Sequence record: PQ181262.1
Origin: Raoultella phage vB_Ro_M12a
Reading direction: 5' to 3' (one strand)
Length of the DNA: 24,000 nt
Part shown: positions 15,635-22,855 of the stretch, in pieces
How the letters are laid out: each line of letters opens with the position of its first letter
How positions within the stretch are numbered: position 1 is the first letter of the stretch
Translations under genes and position numbers: made by a program
Notes under the pieces: model-generated
Databases searched by the model: none
Seen by the model: only the letters and a program-made list of their open reading frames with translations
What the model was told of the DNA's origin: nothing

Positions 15635-16392
15635 TACATTTTACCTCTCAAAAGTTGGAAGAAGGACGCAGTCAATGGAAGACCTTTTTTCAATTTTAAC
15701 TTATCTAACATTGAGCATTTTTCTAACCGACGAAGTGAGCTAACAATTAGCCGTATTGATTGTACACGGATTTCAGCATCTGATGGACGATTCGGAACTG
15801 ACGCTAAAATAGCAGATAACTTACGCTCAACTTTAGCTAATTCAGATTTACCACCGCTGATACGAGTTCTCAATGCATTAATAAGTTCTAAATCAGCCGA
15901 GGTTGCAGTTCCATTCTTTTCTTTTTGCACAAATTGAGAAAGATGATTTTCACGATTGTGTAAGTTAGTTTTAATTGATGCGATAGTTTTTTCATACTCA
16001 CGAATCTTTTCCCAACGAGACGCTTCTTTATCACTTGTAGGTTTAACAGAATCAGAAGAGCGAACTATGCGTGCCGCAATTTCATTCGCTTTTCGTTCAA
16101 GGTCTTCAATCGTGTTATTTCCACGCAATGCATTATACTTTTGTTTAACAGGAATAACATTCCCCATTACATATCCCAAGTCATTATTCCAACGCTCGAG
16201 TGTCATGCTATCAGGATGATTTCCTTTAGCAGTTCCAAACTTTTCGCCTGAGTATGCACAGTGTGTCTGCTGCATGATGTTAAACAGGTATTCTGGGGTG
16301 AGATTGAACTCCTTGTGCCGACGTTGAGCAGAACCTAAAGTTGTAATTAAACGAGTATAAACTTTAGCGGTTTCAGCAGTAAATTTCATCAT
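15634..16392 (-). CDS. srd: Srd-position protein (252 aa) with HNH-like signature
   Basis: Synteny (dda - x - srd - mod) and size near the 29 kDa T4 Srd. Contains CAYSGEKF...SMTLERWNNDLGYVMGNVIPVKQKYNALRGN. SD TGAGGAAAACATG. Confidence 0.6.
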   Translation of the reverse strand: MMKFTAETAKVYTRLITTLGSAQRRHKEFNLTPEYLFNIMQQTHCAYSGEKFGTAKGNHPDSMTLERWNNDLGYVMGNVIPVKQKYNALRGNNTIEDLERKANEIAARIVRSSDSVKPTSDKEASRWEKIREYEKTIASIKTNLHNRENHLSQFVQKEKNGTATSADLELINALRTRISGGKSELAKVERKLSAILASVPNRPSDAEIRVQSIRLIVSSLRRLEKCSMLDKLKLKKGLPLTASFFQLLRGKM

Positions 16393-16469
16393 GTTTTCCT
16401 CAAAAATGCTTTCGTCTTACGGACGGTATAATGGGTCTAGGTCCCTAGTTCTAGATAATCACTAGTTAA

Positions 16470-17135
16470 CTAAGCTATAGTAACACTAAAGTAGTCCATA
16501 AGTAAACCAGATTTTTCAACTTTGTTATGACCCACCACTTTGAACTTAGTTCCCATCGGTAACATCCTTTCTTGTTCTTTATCAATCATCTCGATGTTAG
16601 CGCTTCTGCGCTGAGCAACGTTATCAATCAAATCATTCGGACGAATGAATTCAGAATCCGGCGCAGTAATTAAAAGTGCTTTCATGTTGGTATGATAATC
16701 AAATGATTGATGGCAATCATTGACTTCAATGACTACAAAGGTCGAGTAATGCCATTTGCCTGCAAATTCTCGGGCAATTGTTTCATCTGTTGTGAATGAT
16801 GCTACCTTTCCAAAGTCAAATTTCTCGCCTTTAATAAGGGCGTCATAAAATGCTTTAGCCTCACGACACGATAGACCTCTATAGAGAATGTCACTGTTAT
16901 CAATTTGATGACGTCTAACGATAGAGTCAAGTTTCTTATGAAATTCTTCGCCAATCTTATCGTTCATGCACTGCCACAGAATTGACTGTTCTTTGCAGTC
17001 AAACCGATTGGCTAATGCTTCCCATGCGCTTAAATCATACACAGGTAATCCTCTGTGCCGACGCGCGGAATTCAGAATATCAATAGAATGAACGCTTTCT
17101 ACTAGCATAGCTTGTGGGTTTAATGAAATAGCCAT
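16470..17135 (-). CDS. Mod-type ADP-ribosyltransferase
   Basis: R-S-E triad: DILYRGLS, VASFTTDETIA, EQERMLP; N-terminal KEQSILWQCMNDKIGEEFHKKL resembles ModB FEQSVLWQCM. ATG 17135 has SD TGGAGAATATCATG. Confidence 0.88.
   Translation of the reverse strand: MAISLNPQAMLVESVHSIDILNSARRHRGLPVYDLSAWEALANRFDCKEQSILWQCMNDKIGEEFHKKLDSIVRRHQIDNSDILYRGLSCREAKAFYDALIKGEKFDFGKVASFTTDETIAREFAGKWHYSTFVVIEVNDCHQSFDYHTNMKALLITAPDSEFIRPNDLIDNVAQRRSANIEMIDKEQERMLPMGTKFKVVGHNKVEKSGLLMDYFSVTIA
16474..16509 (-). promoter_or_regulatory. T4-type early promoter inside the mod 3' end
   Basis: Reverse complement TGGTTTACTTATGGACTACTTTAGTGTTACTATAGC: GTTTACTTA and TTACTATAG; reads toward srd. Confidence 0.7.
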
Positions 17136-17160
17136 GATATTCTCCATTTTGGTTACGAGA

Positions 17161-17195
17161 GGTATCTTATCATGGCTTTTTGGAAGAGTAAACTA
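17161..17195 (-). promoter_or_regulatory. T4-type early promoter upstream of mod
   Basis: Reverse complement AGTTTACTCTTCCAAAAAGCCATGATAAGATACC: GTTTACTCTTCC and GATAAGAT. Confidence 0.6.
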
Positions 17196-17205
17196 CTTTG
17201 TGAAA

Positions 17206-17406
17206 TTATTTTGCCCAGGGAGACCAGGGCGGCGGGTCAGACCAGATTGAAGCTAGTTCATCTAGAAGAGCTTCTGGGGCTTTAATACCATACTTCTGTA
17301 TAATTATACGGTATTCGTCTTTGATGTCCTTAGAAATCACTGGATGAACTTGAACCTCTTCCTGAGGCTCTTCCATCATTTCAAACAAATCCATCACATG
17401 AACCAC
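17206..17406 (-). CDS. srh: Small acidic protein at srh position
   Basis: 66-aa ORF between mod and mrh candidate; apparent GTG start with an in-frame ATG at 17394. Symbol based on order and size only. Confidence 0.5.
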   Translation of the reverse strand: MVHVMDLFEMMEEPQEEVQVHPVISKDIKDEYRIIIQKYGIKAPEALLDELASIWSDPPPWSPWAK

Positions 17407-17903
17407 TCAGTATTACGGTACAAACAACCACTGTTGTTATATCCATCAGCTGCTTTTTGCAACAGCGGGCTTGGAGTCAGTTTGATAAAATCTGCGCCCA
17501 TATATAACCAAACTAACTTAGTGAATTCTATTAGAGAATCTGTGCTATCAATGATAATCTTTTTGCCTCTTGAAATTATGTCATTTTCGTATTCATATAA
17601 GCTAGTTTCATGACATACATTGGTGTATCCTTTCAAGTGGAGAGCATGCAGTATAGAAACAGGACTTCCTGGAACTGTATCTACGTCAAAAACATGGGCA
17701 GTCTTAATAATTCCATAATCTTCAGAAGGACACCAACCAAACGCCTCGAATTTATTAACTAAGTCTTTGAAATCTTTATCGAATGTACTGTATAGAGCAA
17801 CAGTAAAAATTCTATCTTGGTCTAGACGCAAAGCTCCTTTTGCGTCATTTCTTGATTGAACATTACGTTGTAAGCTTACTTTATAGATTTTTGCGTTTGC
17901 CAC
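17394..17903 (-). CDS. mrh: Mrh-position protein (169 aa)
   Basis: Complete ORF upstream of srh candidate, downstream of soc, size near remembered T4 Mrh (about 161 aa). Symbol tentative. Confidence 0.55.
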   Translation of the reverse strand: MANAKIYKVSLQRNVQSRNDAKGALRLDQDRIFTVALYSTFDKDFKDLVNKFEAFGWCPSEDYGIIKTAHVFDVDTVPGSPVSILHALHLKGYTNVCHETSLYEYENDIISRGKKIIIDSTDSLIEFTKLVWLYMGADFIKLTPSPLLQKAADGYNNSGCLYRNTEWFM

Positions 17904-18072
17904 ACATAGCTCCTTCAGTCATGTTGTTGTCTTCAAACCACTTATCATTTGCTTTAATTAAAGCAGGCGCAGCTTTTAGTAATAACGCTGCAGCTCTTAC
18001 ACCTCTGTACCAACAATCAAAATGAGACTTCTTTAATGGCGATTGATACCAGGGCTTAGTATAACATATCAT
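17881..18072 (-). CDS. Hypothetical protein (63 aa)
   Basis: SD TGAGGAGAAGAAAATG upstream; overlaps mrh candidate by 23 nt. Confidence 0.65.
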   Translation of the reverse strand: MICYTKPWYQSPLKKSHFDCWYRGVRAAALLLKAAPALIKANDKWFEDNNMTEGAMCGKRKNL

Positions 18073-18123
18073 TTTCTTCTCCTCAGTTAGTAGGAATAAT
18101 ATACTATTCCCAGTATAGCATAA

Positions 18124-18145
18124 AAGGACTCCCGAAGGAGTCCTT
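18124..18145 (-). terminator. Strong UUCG-tetraloop terminator for soc
   Basis: AAGGACTCC-CGAA-GGAGTCCTT, 9-bp perfect stem directly 3' of soc. Confidence 0.8.
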
Positions 18146-18149
18146 AATT

Positions 18150-18386
18150 TTATACTTCGCTGTCAGCCGGAACAGCTTCAAACATTTTCGCGTTGGTGGT
18201 TGCCCAAGTTGCAGCATCATCAACTACTGTTGAATAAGCGGCTTTTTCGGATGGGAAAATCTGATACTGTGCATTAGCAATGCGATGTGAGTCAGAATAT
18301 ACCTTAAAAGCTACAGATACTTCAGTACCTTTAACCTCGCCATCAGCAGTTGTATGGTCAAAAGTTTTGATGTTTACGTAAGCCAT
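18150..18386 (-). CDS. soc: Small outer capsid protein
   Basis: 78 aa; YVNIKTF...GEVKGTEVSVAFKVYSDSHRIANAQYQIFPSEKAAYSTV matches T4 Soc (YVNIKTFEQ...FPSEKAAYSTV). Confidence 0.96.
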   Translation of the reverse strand: MAYVNIKTFDHTTADGEVKGTEVSVAFKVYSDSHRIANAQYQIFPSEKAAYSTVVDDAATWATTNAKMFEAVPADSEV

Positions 18387-18413
18387 TTTAATCTCCTATT
18401 TAGTTTACAGGAG

Positions 18414-18421
18414 TATTTATA
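18414..18421 (-). promoter_or_regulatory. T4 late promoter for soc
   Basis: Reverse complement TATAAATA followed by CTCCTG, perfect consensus octamer, about 28 nt upstream of soc ATG. Confidence 0.85.
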
Positions 18422-18554
18422 TAGCTGCTGTAAGCGCCTTTAATATTTCTTTATCAATTTCTCGAGTGATTTCTTCTCGAAGGGCCAATACTAAGGCCCT
18501 TTCTTTTTGCTTTCTGATAATTTTTAAACGACGCTTAGATATTCTTTTAGCCAT
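18417..18554 (-). CDS. Very basic small protein (45 aa)
   Basis: Manual read: MAKRISKRRLKIIRKQKERALVLALREEITREIDKEILKALTAAI*; start overlaps the gene 56 stop (ATGA). Its 3' end overlaps the soc late promoter. Confidence 0.6.
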   Translation of the reverse strand: MAKRISKRRLKIIRKQKERALVLALREEITREIDKEILKALTAAI

Positions 18555-19075
18555 CAGTAACCACTGTCTTGACGAGCAAAGTTCTCTGCGTTTTTCAGAT
18601 AATACAGCTTAAAGATTTCTTCAGAATCCAGACCAAGCGCCATAAACATATTCAGAACAAAGTGCAGGATATCAATCATTTCAAATTTGATTTCAAGCTG
18701 GTCTTTATCAGACAGGTCTTTGATATAAGTTTCCTGCATCTTGACGTGGTCAGCTTTCCATGGTTTCCATACGGCAGATGCTGCCTTTTCACCGTTACTC
18801 ATACCGCCAAGAGACGTCAGCAATTCGCGGAATTCGTCATCAATGTAATCTTTTTGGTTACGCAGCCACTGCACGATATCACCGGCTTGGGCCAATTCAT
18901 CAGGATGCATGTTAGTACCAGGCTTGTCATTTGCAAGACGAACCTGAAGAGATTTTTGCATATCAAGCATTACTTGCAGAGGGTCACCACCAACTTTGCG
19001 TACGATACCTGCGTATCGAGCTTCAGCTTTATCTGCACCAGCGATCAGTTGACTACATTCGTTGAAATGTGGCAT
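18554..19075 (-). CDS. 56: dCTP pyrophosphatase (dCTPase/dUTPase)
   Basis: 173 aa; DIVQWLRNQKDYIDDEFRELLTSLGGM..., AVWKPWKADH, EIKFEMIDILHFVLNMFMALGLD (MazG-like ExxD), upstream of soc as in T4. Confidence 0.95.
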   Translation of the reverse strand: MPHFNECSQLIAGADKAEARYAGIVRKVGGDPLQVMLDMQKSLQVRLANDKPGTNMHPDELAQAGDIVQWLRNQKDYIDDEFRELLTSLGGMSNGEKAASAVWKPWKADHVKMQETYIKDLSDKDQLEIKFEMIDILHFVLNMFMALGLDSEEIFKLYYLKNAENFARQDSGY

Positions 19076-19100
19076 ATTATTTTTCCTTTCAATTAAATTA

Positions 19101-19110
19101 GATAAATATT
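19101..19110 (+). promoter_or_regulatory. Candidate late-type promoter for the plus-strand ORF
   Basis: GATAAATATT, one mismatch to TATAAATA, about 32 nt upstream of ATG 19142. A second CATAAATA (19122-19129) is closer to the SD. Confidence 0.35.
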
Positions 19111-19141
19111 ATATCACTTAACATAAATAGCAGGAGGATTC

Positions 19142-19333
19142 ATGTCTGAAGTGAAACGAGAATGTAAAGACAAAGGAGGATTTGGAAGATATCTTTACGT
19201 CGGAATCGCCACTGCTGCTTTAGCTGCATGGAATTATGTGGTAGTTCCATTAGCTAGCACACACGGGCTAGTTCTTCCTCCAATGCCGTTAGAAAAAGTT
19301 GTGTCGTTTATTATGACTGGAGGATTGCTTTAA
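19142..19333 (+). CDS. Plus-strand small hydrophobic protein (63 aa)
   Basis: MSEVKRECKDKGGFGRYLYVGIATAALAAWNYVVVPLASTHGLVLPPMPLEKVVSFIMTGGLL*; strong SD AGGAGG at 19132-19137 upstream of ATG; terminator-like hairpin immediately downstream; no minus-strand ORF in the gap. Confidence 0.75.
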   Translation: MSEVKRECKDKGGFGRYLYVGIATAALAAWNYVVVPLASTHGLVLPPMPLEKVVSFIMTGGLL

Positions 19334-19337
19334 TTTA

Positions 19338-19353
19338 AGGGGCTTTGGCCCCT
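19338..19353. terminator. Bidirectional hairpin between convergent ORFs
   Basis: AGGGGC-TTTG-GCCCCT between plus ORF stop (19333) and gene 61 stop (19352). Confidence 0.6.
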
Positions 19354-20374
19354 ATATCTTCGCATATTTGTCAAGACGTAATTTAGCCATTAAACCTTGC
19401 GATATATTTTGATTAATATAATCCGTTATTTCAGAAGCAGTTGCCCCCTCTTTCATAATCATATCATTTATATCTTTGCTTTTCCAAGGCGACTTATCCC
19501 AGAAAACTACCTTTTCACCAGCATCTACTAAACGTTTCATACGCTTAATTGTATCAGGATGACGAGGTTCATGGTCCATAATCCATGCTCGGTTATCATG
19601 ACATGGAACTTGAGCTAAATCTAAAGACCCGCCAGTGATTGCAATAGCATTATCAATGAACAACGAATCTATTGGTCCTTCCATGACGAATACGAGTTTT
19701 GACTCATCAATGGTGTCGAGACCATAAATTTTGGTCGCGTGTTCATGGGCTTTGATTGTGATGTATTTTTGTGGAGCATTCTTTCGTAGTGCTCGTCCTT
19801 GAAACGACTCAATCTCTCCTTTCTTGTTGAAGATAGGAATAACCAAACGTGGTTCGTTCGTCTCATTCTTATAGGTTCCTGGATTAACGGAGTTAACAAG
19901 AGAAGGCCATTGGTTAGTAAACCATAACCTTTTCCAAGAAGTGCTTGGAATACATCTGGCAGTCACGTATTTAACTATCGGATGTTCCTTAGGAAGTCTA
20001 TCTAATCGCTCACAGAAATTAAGTTTTTCTATTACGGGGAGTTTTGCATTAATTTTCTCAGACGGTTCTACGGTCTTTGGCTTATCAAAGACCTGCTCCT
20101 TTCTTTTCTCAAGAAGATACTCTCGATAGAGATCGGGTTCATTATCTTTAAGATATTGTGATAGCCACTTGTTATACTCACAGTTGAAGCAATGGCAGCG
20201 TAATCCTTGACCCGCATCAAAAATCCAGAATCGGGCTTTATTGATATCTTTCTGTGAGTCACCACAAATTGGGCAACGGCAGTTTAACTTAAATGTTGAA
20301 GATGTAGTAACGTGTCTAAACTTAGGTAGGTGAGATATTGCGCGGATAGCGAATTCGTTATCAACCCATGACAT
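19352..20374 (-). CDS. 61: DNA primase
   Basis: 340 aa; zinc motif CRCPICGDSQKD...LRCHCFNCEYN, toprim-like LVFVMEGPIDSLFIDNAIAITGG, GRALR; T4 gp61-like. Confidence 0.96.
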   Translation of the reverse strand: MSWVDNEFAIRAISHLPKFRHVTTSSTFKLNCRCPICGDSQKDINKARFWIFDAGQGLRCHCFNCEYNKWLSQYLKDNEPDLYREYLLEKRKEQVFDKPKTVEPSEKINAKLPVIEKLNFCERLDRLPKEHPIVKYVTARCIPSTSWKRLWFTNQWPSLVNSVNPGTYKNETNEPRLVIPIFNKKGEIESFQGRALRKNAPQKYITIKAHEHATKIYGLDTIDESKLVFVMEGPIDSLFIDNAIAITGGSLDLAQVPCHDNRAWIMDHEPRHPDTIKRMKRLVDAGEKVVFWDKSPWKSKDINDMIMKEGATASEITDYINQNISQGLMAKLRLDKYAKI

Positions 20375-20386
20375 ATTATATTCCTC

Positions 20387-20408
20387 TGGCCTTAAACTAA
20401 TAAGGCCA
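20387..20408 (-). promoter_or_regulatory. Hairpin immediately upstream of the gene 61 ribosome-binding site
   Basis: TGGCCTTA-6 nt-TAAGGCCA, 8-bp perfect stem; minus RNA stem is followed directly by GAGGAA SD. Confidence 0.5.
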
Positions 20409-20413
20409 TTGTA

Positions 20414-20581
20414 TCACGTTTCAGGTTTTGATTTATCTCGCTTTTTCTTTGGGAGAGTTTCTGGGCCTTTATTTACTACTGCGCCCGAAGTAGTGCCTGA
20501 TGCAATGTTCTGAGGATTACCGCCGGCATCGCCAGCAACCATTTCCTCATTAAGTTTAACAAACTCTTTAAATGTTTTCAT
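20414..20581 (-). CDS. 61.1: gp61.1-like small protein (55 aa)
   Basis: Manual read: MKTFKEFVKLNEEMVAGDAGGNPQNIASGTTSGAVVNKGPETLPKKKRDKSKPET*; position between 61 and 61.2. Confidence 0.8.
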   Translation of the reverse strand: MKTFKEFVKLNEEMVAGDAGGNPQNIASGTTSGAVVNKGPETLPKKKRDKSKPET

Positions 20582-20593
20582 AGAGCCTCCAAA

Positions 20594-20812
20594 CTATTTA
20601 TTATTTCCACCATCAATACGAATACACTTGTACGTAGTGTAGACTGATGGTGAACCGAACCCGGAATCGGCTTTGATGCCAGTAAATTGTTTTCCCGCAT
20701 CTTCACATTTCTGAGCCAGCGAAGACTCGTTCATTCCTGTGAATGATAACTTTTCAGTAGAAACACCGCCGGCACCAGTCATTATAGCCATTACTAATAC
20801 GTATGTAATCAT
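20594..20812 (-). CDS. 61.2: gp61.2-like small protein (72 aa)
   Basis: Between 61.1 and sp, hydrophobic N-terminus; symbol by synteny. Confidence 0.65.
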   Translation of the reverse strand: MITYVLVMAIMTGAGGVSTEKLSFTGMNESSLAQKCEDAGKQFTGIKADSGFGSPSVYTTYKCIRIDGGNNK

Positions 20813-21102
20813 CCGAGAATCCAGCTTGCAATTGTGAAGTTATCAAAATTAGCATCGCAGTACAGAGCATAGTTCAGTTTAATTGCTGCGCCATCATTGG
20901 AGATTTCTGCCTGAACTTCTTTCATCTTGCTTGGGTCAGTGTTATCAATGATATGACCTACATCAGCACGAATCTGCTCAGCAACATCTTTTTCATCTGC
21001 AGTCATTGACCATTCGCAGAGGTCTTTGTCATAGTTCGCCAGAGCGGGAACAGCAGAGCAACTTGATACTGCGAAGATTAAAGCAAGTACAATCTTTTTC
21101 AT
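20809..21102 (-). CDS. sp: Spackle periplasmic protein
   Basis: From ATG 21102: MKKIVLALIFAVSSCSAVPALANYDKDLCEWSMTADEKDV..., matching T4 Sp (YDKDLCEWSMTAD). SD GAGGAAAACAAAATG; the track start at 21135 is spurious. Confidence 0.95.
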   Translation of the reverse strand: MKKIVLALIFAVSSCSAVPALANYDKDLCEWSMTADEKDVAEQIRADVGHIIDNTDPSKMKEVQAEISNDGAAIKLNYALYCDANFDNFTIASWILG

Positions 21103-21130
21103 TTTGTTTTCCTCAGTTTGTTTCAGTAAG

Positions 21131-21160
21131 GCCATAATAACATGGCCAAACTTAAAAGTA
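21131..21160 (-). promoter_or_regulatory. Weak T4-type early promoter upstream of sp
   Basis: Reverse complement GTTTACTTTTAAGTTTGGCCATGTTATGGC. Confidence 0.5.
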
Positions 21161-21162
21161 AA

Positions 21163-21396
21163 CTATCTTTTGAATAATTTTTCGAGGACTTCGTCGGATG
21201 TCAAATTCTTGGTTGGAAGGTATATCGCAGAGTTAACCCAGATACCTTCGTCATTATATGCCTTAACTTCACCATAGTCATATGAAGATAAATCTGCTTT
21301 GTTGTAAGCTATGACTCCACGATGGACGCTATCAGACGCCGTCACCACAAAGGAGCGACCTGATTGGTCGCGAATTACGCTAAACACAAAAATCAT
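21163..21396 (-). CDS. Hypothetical protein (77 aa) at the dmd position
   Basis: Complete ORF between sp and 41: MIFVFSVIRDQSGRSFVVTASDSVHRGVIAYNKADLSSYDYGEVKAYNDEGIW...; not recognisably similar to remembered T4 Dmd. Confidence 0.75.
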   Translation of the reverse strand: MIFVFSVIRDQSGRSFVVTASDSVHRGVIAYNKADLSSYDYGEVKAYNDEGIWVNSAIYLPTKNLTSDEVLEKLFKR

Positions 21397-21406
21397 AAAA
21401 TTTACC

Positions 21407-22846
21407 CTAGAATTTCAACTCTTCTGCTAGAGCATCAAGCTTAGAACGTGATACTCGTTCTTGACGATTAGATTCGGCTACACGGTTCTGTGCACCGGCA
21501 CCTTCTCGGACGGTATTGCTTGGATTAGGCTTAGTTGGGTCGTTTTGCTGCTCAATTTCTACCCAACGCTGATTAGCCTTATGTACACCCATAGAGAACT
21601 TATTGTTGATGTTCTTATCACCGTAACGTGATTTAATCTGCTTAATTAATTGCTGCTTCATCTGAGCAAGTTCAGGGGTTTCAATCACAGCCAGCATAAA
21701 GTCTGCCGTAGCAGGTAGACCCGCAGATTCTGCAATATCACTCATGTCCATATCAGAAGCATCCCACGCTGAACGACCTACCTGAGCTGCGGTCCAAAGA
21801 ACAGTTTCAGATTCTACAGCCAATGCACGAAGTTCTTCTGCAATAGCTTTAACTAACGTGTAACTGTTTTCAGTATATTGACGAATACGGCAAGAAGCAC
21901 AAATACCAAGATAGTCAATGATGATAACAGTCGGTTTAAAGTTCTTCTTGAGTTTCAACTCATTCAGAAGAGCTCGGAATGTATTAGCGTTAGCGCCACC
22001 AGTCGGATACTGTTTAATGATTAAACGACCAAGAGTACTAGAACTACGCCATTTTTCCATCTTGCCTTTATATTCAGCGTATGATACACATCCATCGTCA
22101 ATATCATCAAGTGATACATCAAGCAAGTTAGCATCAATACGTTTAGCGCAAACTTCTTCTGCCATTTCCATGGAAATATAAAGGACGTTATGCCCCATCT
22201 GAAGATAGTCTGCAGCCAATGAACATAATCCTAATGATTTACCAACGTTGACGCCAGCCATCAATACGTTCAGTGTACCAGTCTCGGCACCACCTTTAGT
22301 AATTTTGTTCAGAATGCTAAGTTTAAACGGAACTTTACGAGCTTTATTCTGGTATGATAACCAACGAGCTTCATAATCTTCCATCCAATCATGGCCAATA
22401 TAGCTATCAAACGATACTGATAACGCTTCACGCATGATATCAGGAATAGCCCCAATATCAGGAAGACGCTTATCGCGTTTATTTGGCTCAAGCTGGGCAT
22501 TAGTCTGAATTTCAATAATTCGAGACGTTGCGTTGTACATAGCCTTTTCTTGAACGTACTTCTCTGTTTCCTTAACTAACCAATTCAAATCTTCAGGAGC
22601 ATCAGATAACTTATCAATAAGTTTCTTTGCACCTTCATGTTCCGTTTCAGTTATAGACGAATTATCCAGTGCTACACATAACGCAGTCTTTGAAGGAATT
22701 GCTGTGTATTCATTAACGTGTTTCTTAATTATGTTAAACACCGTCTGAGCAGGTCCTTGCTCGAAGTACTCTTTGTCCATATATGGCCAAACCTTCGTAA
22801 AGAAAGCCTGGTTGTAAATCAGATTAGCTAAGATTGTTTCTACCAC
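21407..22846 (-). CDS. 41: Replicative DNA helicase (DnaB-like)
   Basis: 479 aa; Walker A MAGVNVGKSLGLCSLAAD, VIIIDYLGICAS, RYGDKNINNKFSMGVHKANQRWVEIE; T4 gp41-like. Confidence 0.97.
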   Translation of the reverse strand: MVETILANLIYNQAFFTKVWPYMDKEYFEQGPAQTVFNIIKKHVNEYTAIPSKTALCVALDNSSITETEHEGAKKLIDKLSDAPEDLNWLVKETEKYVQEKAMYNATSRIIEIQTNAQLEPNKRDKRLPDIGAIPDIMREALSVSFDSYIGHDWMEDYEARWLSYQNKARKVPFKLSILNKITKGGAETGTLNVLMAGVNVGKSLGLCSLAADYLQMGHNVLYISMEMAEEVCAKRIDANLLDVSLDDIDDGCVSYAEYKGKMEKWRSSSTLGRLIIKQYPTGGANANTFRALLNELKLKKNFKPTVIIIDYLGICASCRIRQYTENSYTLVKAIAEELRALAVESETVLWTAAQVGRSAWDASDMDMSDIAESAGLPATADFMLAVIETPELAQMKQQLIKQIKSRYGDKNINNKFSMGVHKANQRWVEIEQQNDPTKPNPSNTVREGAGAQNRVAESNRQERVSRSKLDALAEELKF

Positions 22847-22855
22847 TTTAACCTC

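Noticed and set aside
15306-16219. Plus-strand ORFs 15306-15626, 15581-15937 and 15956-16219
   Set aside because: Antisense to the minus-strand 104-aa and srd-position genes; no SD or plus promoter comparable to the 19142 ORF.
18083-18120. GGAATAATATACTATTCC inverted repeat upstream of the 63-aa ORF
   Set aside because: Short AT-rich palindrome consistent with a -10 region; too weak to claim an operator without comparative data.
18569-19096. Plus-strand 175-aa ORF antisense to gene 56
   Set aside because: Mirrors the dCTPase gene; no SD at its start and its protein has no recognisable pattern.
21103-21135. 11-residue extension of sp upstream of MKKIV
   Set aside because: It would mask the signal peptide; SD GAGG is placed for ATG 21102.
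19669-22515. Minus-strand alternative-frame ORFs 19669-19899, 20068-20265 and 22309-22515
   Set aside because: Nested out of frame inside genes 61 and 41, which are conserved.
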